Origin: Ramazzottius varieornatus
Taxonomy: Eukaryota > Animalia > Tardigrada
DNA length: 64,000 nucleotides
Direction of reading: 5' to 3'
Assembly: GCA_001949185.1 (NCBI GenBank)
Contig: BDGG01000011.1
Coordinates: forward strand, 1,678,902 to 1,742,901
Part shown: in pieces, positions 37,783-49,500 of the stretch
Layout: every line of letters starts with the position of its first letter
Position numbering within the stretch: position 1 is the stretch's first letter
The notes under the pieces: model-generated
The model's database searches: none
What the model saw: only the letters and a program-made list of their open reading frames with translations
Told to the model about the DNA's origin: nothing
Program-made: the position numbers and the translations under genes

Positions 37783-40672
37783 AATGCATTGATTCACGTG
37801 CCTTTTGCTGACACTGCTTTTGTGCACCTGGTTCGATACATGCCGTAAATACGAAGGTTTGGCGTGAGATACTGCGAGACGACTTCAGTTCATCAAGACA
37901 ACCCTCACCGTACCGCTGGATCGCCTTTGAGGAACTTGAGGTTTACATTACCCCACCCGACAAGGTATACCGTGGATTTAAATGGTGATTACGTGGAAGA
38001 TGGTTGCCTGAAGTTCTCTGTCAGTAGTCCAAAGACGATGGCCGACACCATCGGCAAGTTTCGTTTTCGTTATGGCGAAGTGGAAGCTGGCTTGCGTGCT
38101 CCCCATGAAATGGCACTAGAGTCCAGGTTCGTCCTGGTTACAGACAGCTGCAGCCTGCATTCCTGCACAAACATTTTTGAGGGTGGTTACCCGCGCATCC
38201 ATATCGCGGAATTCACTGGATTACCTCGTGTGGACGCAGCCAATGTGCAAGTGCGCTCAGTTTTCGGTAACTACTCAGACGGAGACTACCTGTACCGGAC
38301 GGTGGATCTCAAAGGCCTAAGTCTGTTTAGCGGTTTCCATGTTTACCTAGTGGTATGGAACAGTGGCAGTCTGACATGGTTCATCGATAATGAGACAGTA
38401 TTTGAAATCACAGACCAAATGGCCATCGCCCACAATTTTACGCGCTTACAACCTTCGACGTACACAGGGACGGGAATCAGTCGACGTTTATGGCCTGGTC
38501 CCGCTGAGTTTGAGATCGACTACATTGTTGTTCGGCAAGAAAATCCGCACGCAGAACCCGACCTTCTGTTTTTTGCGGATTTCACCAGAATGAAAATGAT
38601 TCTTCAAAGTTTCTTCAAAATCACTTCGTTTATGGATTAGCCGGCGGTCAAAAACCTCTCCAAGATTAGCCAGCCGATACGGTGAAATCACAGACAGGTC
38701 GTTGCGGATGGCTTGTGTTCGTGATCCGCAGATGAAGATCCAGACGACCATCACACTGGGCACTGTGAACCATTTTGACTTCCTTTATGGAGAGTTTGAA
38801 TTTCGAGAGCGCTTCCCCAAGCCGTCTATGGGAAGCGTGTTCGTCGTAGCCGGACTGCGAAATTACCTATGTGATTTGGATGGATCTAAGTGCGATACCC
38901 GTAACAAAGTACCAGACGTTTCATTCTGGCAAGCAGCTTTAAAACTGACGCGCGGGACAACCCAGAATCCGGTTCGGCTGACTTATAGAACTGCGAACTC
39001 AGTTGGAAGTACTGTTAAGTCAGAGCTAACGCTGTCAAAAGAACTCGGTCTGTCGGACGCCTTCCATACGTACAGGACATCGTGGACTCCTTCTAGTTTG
39101 ACGCGGTTTGTGGACGACGAGAAAGTGTTCGCCGAAGACGATACCGAAAAGATTCCAAAGATACGAATGCACTTTTACTTCAATTTGGTTTGCGACCTGC
39201 TCAACTATACGGAAAACACTTTGGATACAAGCCAACTGCTGATTGAATCAATAACTGTTCGACAGCTGAATTCTTCATACGACACCGATCAGCTCCGTAC
39301 ACAGCCTTCTAAATCTGGAGGGGAAGGGTGGAGGAACGAAATCTTGTATTGTATTCTTGGGGTTGCTCTGTTACTGTATTGTTGACGTCATATACTCCTT
39401 GTTGATACTAAAAAGACGGGAGAAAGAACGCCTTGGATGCAGGAGCAGGGACGATTCATCGCCAGTCTTTGTTACCAGTGGAAATTATCAATTTGCCCCG
39501 TATACTACCGGCACCATCCTGCGCGGACATCTTTGTTGTACGGCCGGAAACCTTTCGCGAAGTACTAGTTTCTTTTGAAATATCTGTCTGAAATGTTCAT
39601 GGGGCTCTGCAGCTCAAAGCCATAAATGATTTATTTTGGCAGGTGATGAAATTCTGGGGCGAAGCGAGCACGGTATCGTCTTTATGGAAACCGACACCGG
39701 ATTATACGGCAGAGCCGGTCCAACCCTAGTAGCGGTCAAGATGTTGTTCTCCGCAGAAGAGAACTCTTATGCGGGCGACTCTTTTCTCAAGGAGCTAACC
39801 GTTCTAGCGTATTGTGGTCACCACTTCAATATTGTGAATCTACTGGGAGTTGCTAACAAAGGTCGTCCATCCCTCCTTCTCGAACATTGCCACTACGGAT
39901 CTCTTCTCGGTTTTGTTCGCGAACACCGTCCGCCATTCTACTTCAACCACGTTGATCCAGAAGGACACCTCTTGCCTTTGGACAAAGTAGCGTACGCGCA
40001 AGACAGCAACGATCAGTACGAACAACTGGAAGATGAAACTTGCGATCATGCGTTACTGTCGACCAAAGACCTGATCAACTTCGCCTACCAAGTAGCCCGC
40101 GGTATGGAGTACTTGGCTTCTCGGCCCATCGCGCACCGAGATCTAGTAGCGCGGAATATTCTAGTGGACAAGGGGAAGATTGTCAAGATATCCGATTTCG
40201 GTATGGCTCGACAGGAAGGAGAGTACGTCCTTCAGGATGACAGAATTGCGCTGCCTATACGATGGATGTCGCCCACCTCCGTTCTCAGCTCGACGTTCAA
40301 CGAAAGTAGCGATGTCTGGTCTTATGGAGTCTTACTATGGGAGATGTTCACTCTAGGCGAAGTACCTTACGGACAGCGGACGAATGGTGGGAACGTCGGA
40401 ACATTTCTGCAGGAAATCTTGCAGAAGGGACTACGCTTGTTGAAACCTGAGTACTGCCTTACCGACCTGTAAGTCCCGTCGATCTCAACCAAGTTTCTTC
40501 GAGACGGGCCACTTGTCAATTTGACATAGGTGTATCGTCCTGTATTTCCAGGTATAAACTGATGAGGGACTGCTGGGTCGGGAGCACGGATACGCTTAGC
40601 CCGACATTCAAGGTTTTGAAAAATAGACTGGATGACCTGATCACGCGGGATGTGGCGGAGTATTATGGCTAA
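37783..40672 (+). pseudogene. Receptor tyrosine kinase with two GH16 (beta-glucanase/ConA-like) ectodomains; frameshifted
   Basis: GH16-1: VWREILRDDF, FRYGEVE, FHVYLVVW...WFID, FEIDYIVVRQ. GH16-2: LLFFADF, FLYGEFE, FHTYRTSWTP. Hydrophobic TM then KRREK. Kinase: VAVKML, insert, HRDLVARN, DFG, LPIRWM, SDVWSYGV, last exon YKLMRDCW. Frameshifts or stops near 37900, 38580-38690 and 39380. Confidence 0.85.
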
Positions 40673-41721
40673 TGCTATTTTGCCTGCCCACCGTTTTGGT
40701 GCAAAACAGCTATTTGGCTATTTTGCCCACCCTTTTGGGCAAGATAGTATTTGGCTATTTTGCGCGCCCTGGTGAAAACAGCTGATGTCTATTTTGCTCC
40801 CCCCCCCCCCCCCNNNNNNNNNNNNNNNNNNNNNNNNNNNNNNNNNNNNNNNNNNNNNNNNNNTTATTTTGCTCCCCCCCCCCCCCCTATATCGCGCCTT
40901 ATTTCTCTAAAATCAAGTTCGAGCTTCAAAGAATGAAGACCCGTGTTTGAAATTTGGGGGTTGCGGCGGCGAAGTGTAAGCTAGGCCGCTTAGATTTCTC
41001 TAGATTATTACTCTACACCGCAAGAAAAATTGGTCCTTCAGTTTACCAACGTTTCTCTGCGGCGTCGCGGTCGCGGCGGACCTGCCCGTGAATTTTCAGC
41101 CGCCTCAGGAAAGAGTACATAAAGGTAGCTGGTGCAGCACAGTGTTGGTTAAGGTGAGCTGGCGAATCCGTATCCGTGAGGATGGACCTCCGGTTGAACA
41201 GCCCAAATCCAAGCCGTCTAGACGCTCTAGACACGGTTATCGACCACCGAGCCGTCACAATACCAACAGCAGACATCCCTTTTCCACAGAAAATAGCGAT
41301 TGTCGCTGGCAACGTGGTTCCAAAAGCACAGTAGAGAAGCTAGCGTTCGTTCCAACGGAGACGCTGGTGGCGGAATCTGACGTGGCGCACGCAGCGGTCG
41401 AGGTGGTAGGTAGCGGTAGTAGCGGTGGTCGCGGTGATAGATACGATTTCATAGTGGTGTTCAAATGCCGCGGTCGAGAAAGAGGACCCTTGTTCTGGAC
41501 AAGATGGGTAAAACGATAGCGCATGAAGATATCGATAGAACTCGTGAGTCCAGCCAAGACCATGAACCTGCTTGACGATACCCTAATACTTTCCTCATCG
41601 AGAGGTCTTGCTGTAATTTGCTAATCATGATTCAAGGTCGCAGCGGCGGCCATGGTCGTCCACGGAATTCAAAACTTGGCTCAAGGCAGGCGGGGGGGGG
41701 AGGGGGCAAAATAGCCATTCC
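40667..41721. mobile_element. Probable TIR element (MULE-like ends) spanning an assembly gap
   Basis: Repeated GCTATTTTGC(C)n at left; inverted GGGGGCAAAATAGCCATTCC at right, similar to the terminus at 34400; weak Ulp1-like peptide (SIDIFMRY) on the minus strand. Confidence 0.4.
40814..40863. other. Assembly gap (50 N) between poly-C tracts
   Basis: Read directly. Confidence 1.
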
Positions 41722-41921
41722 GTTTCTGGATATCCGGTACGTTGTTTCTACCGGTACGCTGTTTTTACCGTGATATTGTTTTGTGCAACAAGCGACCTAT
41801 TAGACTATCGAAAAACAAATTTGACGAATATTTGGTCCACACTCATTTTTACACCTGGTGATCTACGGGTACAAGCAGTTGTTTTGGAGAATTTAATGCG
41901 TCCGCTAGGCGCTAGGCAGAC

Positions 41922-42452
41922 GAATGCAGCAATGGGCTGAGCAGTCCGTGCCCAACGCAACATGGCATTGCGGCGGCTTCGCCTCCTCCGTGCTATGGCA
42001 CCGCCGGTTCGGTCCCAAACACTTCCACTCGGAAGCCCAGTAGTCCAAGACAGGTCACACGCACTCGACGTTTGCGCTTACATCAGCGAGCTGCAACCCT
42101 AAATCGCCTGCCGCATCGCACTCCAGCGGCTTCGCCGCCTCCGTGATCCGGAATCATCAGCTCGATTGCGCGCCTTCAGATACTGGGCTTTCAGGTGGCT
42201 GTGTGAGAACGAGTAGATGATTCCGGATCACGGAGGCGGCGAAGCCGCTGGAGTGCGATGCGGCAGGCGATTTAGGGTTGCAGCTCGCTGATGTAAGCGC
42301 AAACGTCGAGTGCGTGTGACCTGTCTTGGACTACTGGGCTTCCGAGTGGAAGTGTTTGGGACCGAACCGGCGGTGCCATAGCACGGGGGAGGCGAAGCCG
42401 CCGCAATGCCATGTTGCGTTGGGCACGGACTGCTCAGCCCATTGCTGCATTC
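41922..42452. repeat. Long near-perfect inverted duplication (237-bp arms, 57-bp spacer)
   Basis: 41922-42158 is the reverse complement of 42216-42452 with one visible mismatch. Confidence 0.95.
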
Positions 42453-44969
42453 TAAACCAAACATTCTGTGACTGTGCTAACCAGAAATTCCTCGGAGTCG
42501 TTGATCTTCATCACTACACTCAATGCCATCCACTCGACAAAGAGCAACCGGAGGGTCAGAAGGTAACGTGCACGGTATGGGCCAACAAGAAGCCTGTGAC
42601 AACCTGGTCTGCGACCGCATGCAAAGTGTGGTCGGATGAGGTTGTTGTTGAGTCATTTTTTGGGGGCCAGAAATACCATTTACTCAACTGTTCCCCGTTC
42701 CATCTCCGTGAATGATTGTACTCGAATGTCGGCAACGCTTGAATGTGCTGGAAACATACCACTCCGTGTCTCTGGATCTGATTCCTCGTCGTTCTTGCAG
42801 AAGCCCGTCGAAAGGCTCTAGAACAGGAAGTCCCAGGTCAGCCAATCAACAGCATGGTTCGAAAAATCGGCACAGATAAGGACAACGGATGGGCATCACA
42901 TTATTACACCTAGGCGAGCCGAACAGTCTCGTTACCCCAGTTTCCTGCAAGCGGTCCACGATGTGCGGGGATTTAGTCATTTGGTGCTAAATTTTGTTGC
43001 GCAGGGCGAGTTAGAGGCGTTAGTGGAGCGTGCATCAACATTTCATCCACCCATCTTCTTTTTTACCTGTAAGTTCCCTCCAACCTCGATTCGCATCAGA
43101 AAATGTCTTCAAGCCTGCGGAAGCACGTACAAAGCATCAAGTAAAATCCCAGGATTTGGTCAAAAGACCCAGGAGTATGAAATCCCGGGGAACCCTGATC
43201 TCGTGATTGGTATATTCCGCGATCACAAATTCCGGGATTTGTCGAAACAATCTGGGAGGAGGAAATCTTAGAGGAAGCTTAATTAGACCCGGTATGCATG
43301 TCCTGAAGAACCATGAAATATCACCGGGCACTGTACTCCCGGGATCCTCAAAATCTCTTTACGCCCCTTGTCGGACAAAACCCATTTTTGGAATAGTATT
43401 TCGTATCCTTTTTGGGAAACATGGAGTTCAACTTTCGTTAACACATTCGAAGTACATCGGTAAACATATCCGCAGCGTTATTTTGCGCCCATCGCACTAC
43501 AAATATTCGGAACTTTTCCGAAAGCGTTTTCGTGTCCTCAGTCAGAAACTTCTACCGGACATATTCTTGCTACCACTACCATCGTATTTTTCAACGTAAT
43601 ATCGCCAGCTCTGACAACGAACACTTGAGACTTTATTTCACGGTGATGAAATGAGAGACAGAAAAGCGAAAGAAGGAAACTGCTAACAGGAAGACCAAAT
43701 CCGCTAGACCAATCGCATGAAATTATGAAGTATCGTCGATCACGGAGAAACGGGCGCACGGCGGTCACAAGATCAATCTAAAGAGAATGGATGAGCATCC
43801 GTTAACTGAACACGACACGATCAGAAAGCCAAATGTTCCACGAGATACCGAAGGGTAAACCCAAATGGCACAATTGACGTCGCGAGTTTAAGTGCCTGCA
43901 AAGTCAAAAACAACACGTTTCGGCCACTTTTCACAACACAATATTTCCTAAAAGATACTTGAACGCAGCTTGTTCCTGCAGTTCCTTGGAGAAATGTAGG
44001 CATACCTTCAGAAAGCGGCGACGAGAGCAAGCAGGGGCTTGAACGACAGTCATCCATTCATGGTGACCACATCTGAAAATCAACAATCAAGCACCAGAAT
44101 ATGACTATAGCAGGTTGCGGTTTTCACATCTGCCCTGCACAAACTAACCTGACGGCTGATCGAATGGCCAGGATTCCATCGCGCAGACGTTGGAAGCTTT
44201 TCCAGGGTAAACAGGAGGCTGATTATGTGCCCAGAATATGGAGCAATGTCGAGTAAACCCAAAAAAAACATTGGAGTTGCAGGAAATCTTCCGGCGAAAG
44301 TTAAAGACTGAAATGCTGATGCAACGCAGGGTAACGCAGCCCGTCGCCGCACCCGCGCGCACGCAGTACGTACAGACTGACAGATCAATGGAACGGTCGT
44401 GTTACCGAACTGCGATACAACTTTGGACTTCAGTGCGTGCTAGAAAAAGCTCCACTTTTCCGCACACGGCGTTTTAGAAAATCGAACTCTTCCGCCGACG
44501 AAAGTCGGAATCATTACACTGGCTTCTGTATAGTGAGGTCGAATTAAGTATGCCTGTCGGGACGAGTTCGAAATACGAGCTTTTCTGTTCACGGATGTGG
44601 TCACAATTTCAAAAATGCTTACTTATTTTTCATGTTGTCTGACTAGGGCGCCTCATCTGAATATACTTTCGATTGTGTTTTACACACTTTTCTTAAGCCT
44701 TGACGGTTCGAACTCCCCCAGTCTGTCAGGTTTAGTCTCCGCGGATGCGTTTCGAATCAGCGCGCTCATTGCTCTTGTGTTGAGTGCAACCGTTGCAAGA
44801 TCGAGTTCGTCGTTCCACCCGGGTCTCTTGCATTCTGCCTCATTGCGTATTCTCAAAACGCTTTGCTGTTCTTTACCGTTTTTCGTTTGCTGCTCCTTGC
44901 CGAGTACTTTGTTTGAAATTTTTCTTCCGACTGGTTTGTAATATTGATAATGTCTAACGATAGCGTTTT

Positions 44970-46524
44970 GTGATGGCTAATGATAGCGCTGTGGAGATCA
45001 TGGAGGAGACGAATATGCCGTCTATTACTGCTGATACCGATAGCCCCACAGCTCTGGAATTCATCAAGTCACAGAAAGGTGAAAGCATTGTCCACGCTGC
45101 TCACACCTACAGCACGAACCGGAATCTCGTAAATGATTTGAATTGTGGGAAAAAGAAGACCTTTGGCTGCAAGGGATCCTTAACTTTGGACTCGTTTGAC
45201 AATACTGTGACGTTTTACCGAACACAATCATGTGGCCTACATCAGCGAAACGAAGACGGAACGAACCAAAGCAACTCTGCGGGAGCAGGCTCGGATGACC
45301 GTGGATAAGCCTTGTCGTTTGCTCAGCGACCTAGTTGAGAACATGCCTATCGAAGTCGTTGGACCTCTTCCATCGGTTCACAACTTTACCAGAATTGCTC
45401 GAAGACAAAGAGAAACACACATGCCTGACCCGGACAACCCCGCAGATATCGATCTGGATACCTATCTGGAGAAGAGTGAGCTTGGACGAAGTAGCGTCCT
45501 GTATGATTCCGGTCCGTTCGACACCAACCGCCTTATCGTTATCAAGGCGGAAGATTTCAACCTTCTGCGATATTCCGGCACTTGGATTATGGACGGTACC
45601 TTCAACATCGTTCCCAGATTATTCGAGCAACTCCACACCATCCACGTGGATCACTTTGGCGGAGTGTTCACTGTATCATTTGCGCTCCTGCCTAACAAAA
45701 CCACCGCCACGTACGACAGACGAGAGCTCTCCATCACAAGATTGTTGGTTTGGGTCTTTGGCCTCGAATGGTGTTAGAAGATGACTTCGGCCGCGCTGTT
45801 CGCATGGTCTACGATCTAGCGTACATTCCAAGGAAAAAGATTGCGGAGGCGTCTCGAACCGTCTTGCAGCTCAACAACTTTCCCATCAAGCCCAATTCGG
45901 AATTTCCGCTGGTGCGTTTGGTACTATAGTACTACCAAATTATAGTGCACTGGACCACGTGATGAGTCATCGCTGCCCGGTGTGATCAGATGTTATCAGC
46001 TTAGCCTGGCTGGCTCTCACCCGGGCATCATTTACTGTTCACGTGGTTGAGTGCGCGATAATTTTGCAGCACTACAGTATTGTTTCGAATGCCGCTCAAC
46101 CGTGGTGACTAAAATTTACCGAAAAGTTTCTTTGTAGTACCGGGACGGCATTGAGGTTGCAGCGAAGTTTCCACCGGAGCTATGGGGCGCTTCTGAGAGG
46201 ACCCTGCACGGACTTTGGTGCACATCCAATAACATAGAAGCATGGCATGGGGCATTTGGGAGGCATGTGAACTGTTCTCATCTTGGAATTTACAAGTTCC
46301 TAGATGATATCAGCAAGGAGCGGAAATATATCGCCAGTCGTGTGGAGTCTCTGCGCACCGGCAGCAAGCTTCTCATTATGTACGAGACGCAGGCTGCAAA
46401 ACTGACCGAAATCTGCAGACTGTACCCCTCGGCTCCTCGCAGCACAGAAGATTGCCGGGAACTGGTTGCTCGCCAAATTAGCATCATGGTCAATAGGAAG
46501 AAAAGACAAGCCGAAACCGACTGA
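44970..46524 (+). mobile_element. Decayed MULE transposase (FLYWCH + MULE DDE); element probably extends about 43140-46920
   Basis: FIKSQKG...C...CKGSL...HNH; WIMDGTFNIVPRLFEQLHTIH, FALLPNKT; SNNIEAWH; frameshifts. Degenerate inverted AATCCCGGGGAACCC near 43180 and 46835. Confidence 0.85.
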
Positions 46525-49500
46525 AGAATTTACTTGCTAACAGCTTGTTTGTGCTGTTCCATACTCGACACTGTAGCATTCTTGTCATAATTTATGGGAG
46601 GTTTCTGTCCATCGCCTTTTGCTGTTCTGCCCATGTTGTAAGCTTGCCGGGATATTTTATGCATTTACAATGATAAATTACGTCATGCGAACATTCCATC
46701 TGCAGTCTAAGGGTAATGCACAGTCTAAGGGTAGTTCATTTCAGTTTGCCGGGATTTGAGAGGATCTTCCGGGATTCCCCGGGATTTGCTGCCACCGGGA
46801 TGTGCTACGTCAAAGATTTAAGTTCACGGGATTCGGGTTCCCCGAGATTAACTACCAACGAGATTAACTACCAACGAATGGATCGTGGGATCTTGGAATC
46901 CCTGGATATCAAACCGGTACCTCTCAACCAGCCACCCCCACAACAGGCATTATTAAGTCGCAGGCAAGACGTAACTGTCCCGAGACCAGTCTACAAAACC
47001 AAGGTAACCGAGCGTACCGACTTAGTGACAACCAGAACTACGGTTTCGTATCCAGAGACCAGAGAAATGCTCAGGCTTACTTTGAACCTGCATAGACCGC
47101 CGTGAGTCGTGAGACATCGTCCACCCCTTCGAATGAACACCATCGGGACAGTCCGCGACACGGTTCGGAAAGGGTTATGGTGACTCATGCCCTTGTGCAA
47201 CAGCCTCGTGCTCCTGTGGAAGAGGTTCCTGCTCCTATGAAGAAACACCGCGCTCCTCGTTCAGTACCCGAAACAACTGCTTCTCCAGTCTGCTCGGTAG
47301 GGCGTCTTAGTATAACAATGGGAAAGCTCACATCAGCAGTACGTATCCGACAATGTGATGGACGAGATCAATGTCGTCCATCGGGAGCGACACGCAGGTC
47401 CCGACATCATAGGACAACTTACAGCCATCTTGGACACGCAGGGCTTCTCCGAAACTAACAAGCTTTTTGATGGTGGTAAGAGTAACAGCCAATCTCGATT
47501 CCTGGCATCGTCACAGCTGTCCAAGAGTACTTTATGGGTGCGAAGGTGTTCTTTACCGTCGGTTCGGTGGTTCTGGTCTTGATCGAATCTACATATTGTC
47601 TTGGCATCAGCATCGGCCCAAAGAAGATGATGCAGTGCGGCAGGAAGAAGCACCGTAAGATCTACAGTAGTCCCTCAGCTCCACTGCACCCGCAACCTGA
47701 CGGGGAGACAAGACCGAGAGCCCATCGTCAGCCCGCGCCGACCGCCGCTGGCTTTCGAACAAACGAGGACGGAACATCGCTGAAAGCATCTCAACAGCCG
47801 CACCATACATCCCACATCAATTCAGCTCACACAGATTTCGCTTACCCGGAACCGTGATCGTTACTAACATTTGACCGGAAACTATCCTTCACACAAAACC
47901 CGAAGAACAAACTTCTTCGAAATGTATCATCTATTAACAAAATCACATACGATGAAGAAAAACCCAAACTCGGTCTGTTTTCACTAATTTTAGGGTGCTG
48001 CGCCCCCTGAGCCCCCTGCCGGCTGGCACTCCGGCGCTTCGCGCCTCTGTCGTCGGTCGCTTATGACTTCAGGCGGCAACCGTGAGTGCACATGCCCGCC
48101 ATGCTCGGACTAATTTGGTCTAAGCACATACAGAGGCTGCGCCCCGTGAGCCCCCTGTCTGCTGACACTTCTGTACTCTGGAGTTGCTAGCGAGGTCCCG
48201 AAAAATGCTCTGTGACATTTTGGGGAAGCTCGATGGGGGACATTGTCCGACGGGATGCCAAAGAATGGTCTTGTTGTCCTCTAGGACGGTATCACATGAT
48301 GTGGTTGTCAGTTTGGGTCCGCAGGGCACGCGTCGTAATGGGAGCGAAAAAGTACTCTAGGTTCATGTTTTTCCAGGGGTTAAGTATTTTCGCATTGGGT
48401 TCGGTTTTCGGTCACGTGATCTCTGGATCTCGCTTCCTATGGGGAATTTGGGGGATGATGCCAGCAACAAGATATTGTATTGTTCAGGACATTCTTTTGA
48501 GTAGGTTTGACCGATTCGTTTTTGTGGAACGAAGAAACGTTATAAACTCTCCTTCCTCGTGCATTCTTGGGCCTTAAATCTCGGAAGCTGTAATTCTCGG
48601 ACAGAAATGCGATCGGCGAGTTGGAGTATGAATCGAAAACGATCGGGGTTGCCGATTATCATGCCTCGACCCTGCTGTGACGAACCATTACCTCCTGCAA
48701 AAAGTGACATCTCGCTTGTCCCAAACTTTTGTTCGGATAACATGATATAGGAATGACAATCGAAGAATCTTCTTCGTAATAATTGTCATCTTGTTTAGTA
48801 GGTTTGGTGCTTCATCCAAGACGACGAATATTTTAATCTAAGTCATGCAGCTAGCCTCGAAAATCACGTTCGAGTGATGCTTTCACAGATACCGTGGTCT
48901 TGTCAAACGTATTTCAAATTGGTTAACTTGCGGGGGCTTTTACTGTAAGACTACAGAACTAATTTCGCCGGAATGGAGGCACTCGTAACTCGGATGCGAA
49001 GCAAGTCCGAATACCACCTTCATTGAGTAGGAACCAGTACACAAAATTTGGGGTGGGCGGCTGGAAGAAACTCTTCTGGTGTAGCGACACGAGAAACAAA
49101 ATGAGTAAAATGAAGTTTGCCCATTGGCGTCAAACATGAGAAGTATGTGGGCTATGTTGTACAGAGAGGATGAAAGTACTGATAAGGAACCCGGTATCGA
49201 GTAACGAAAGGCCAATGATGCACAACGATACGAACGGAGCGTGAACAATGTATGAAGCTTGGGTGAGAAGGAAGAAATAGAATGTGGGGCACATGAAAGA
49301 ACAGTGGTCAGCCCATATTTACCAAAATCGAACTTGATTCAGTTTTAATTAAGTAGGGTAAAACCCTTTTCTGTCGGCGTTCGGAAAAAGATTTTTCTTA
49401 AAAAGAATCCATGCGAAAAGCGGTGAACATTTTCCGCACTCAGGGTTGCACTCGATGATGCCTGCTTGATGACGTTTTCTCGGGTTTGGGAGAAAGAACT

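Noticed and set aside
46930-47860. Retroelement gag/integrase fragment
   Set aside because: No diagnostic RT, RNase H, integrase or zinc-knuckle motif could be confirmed.
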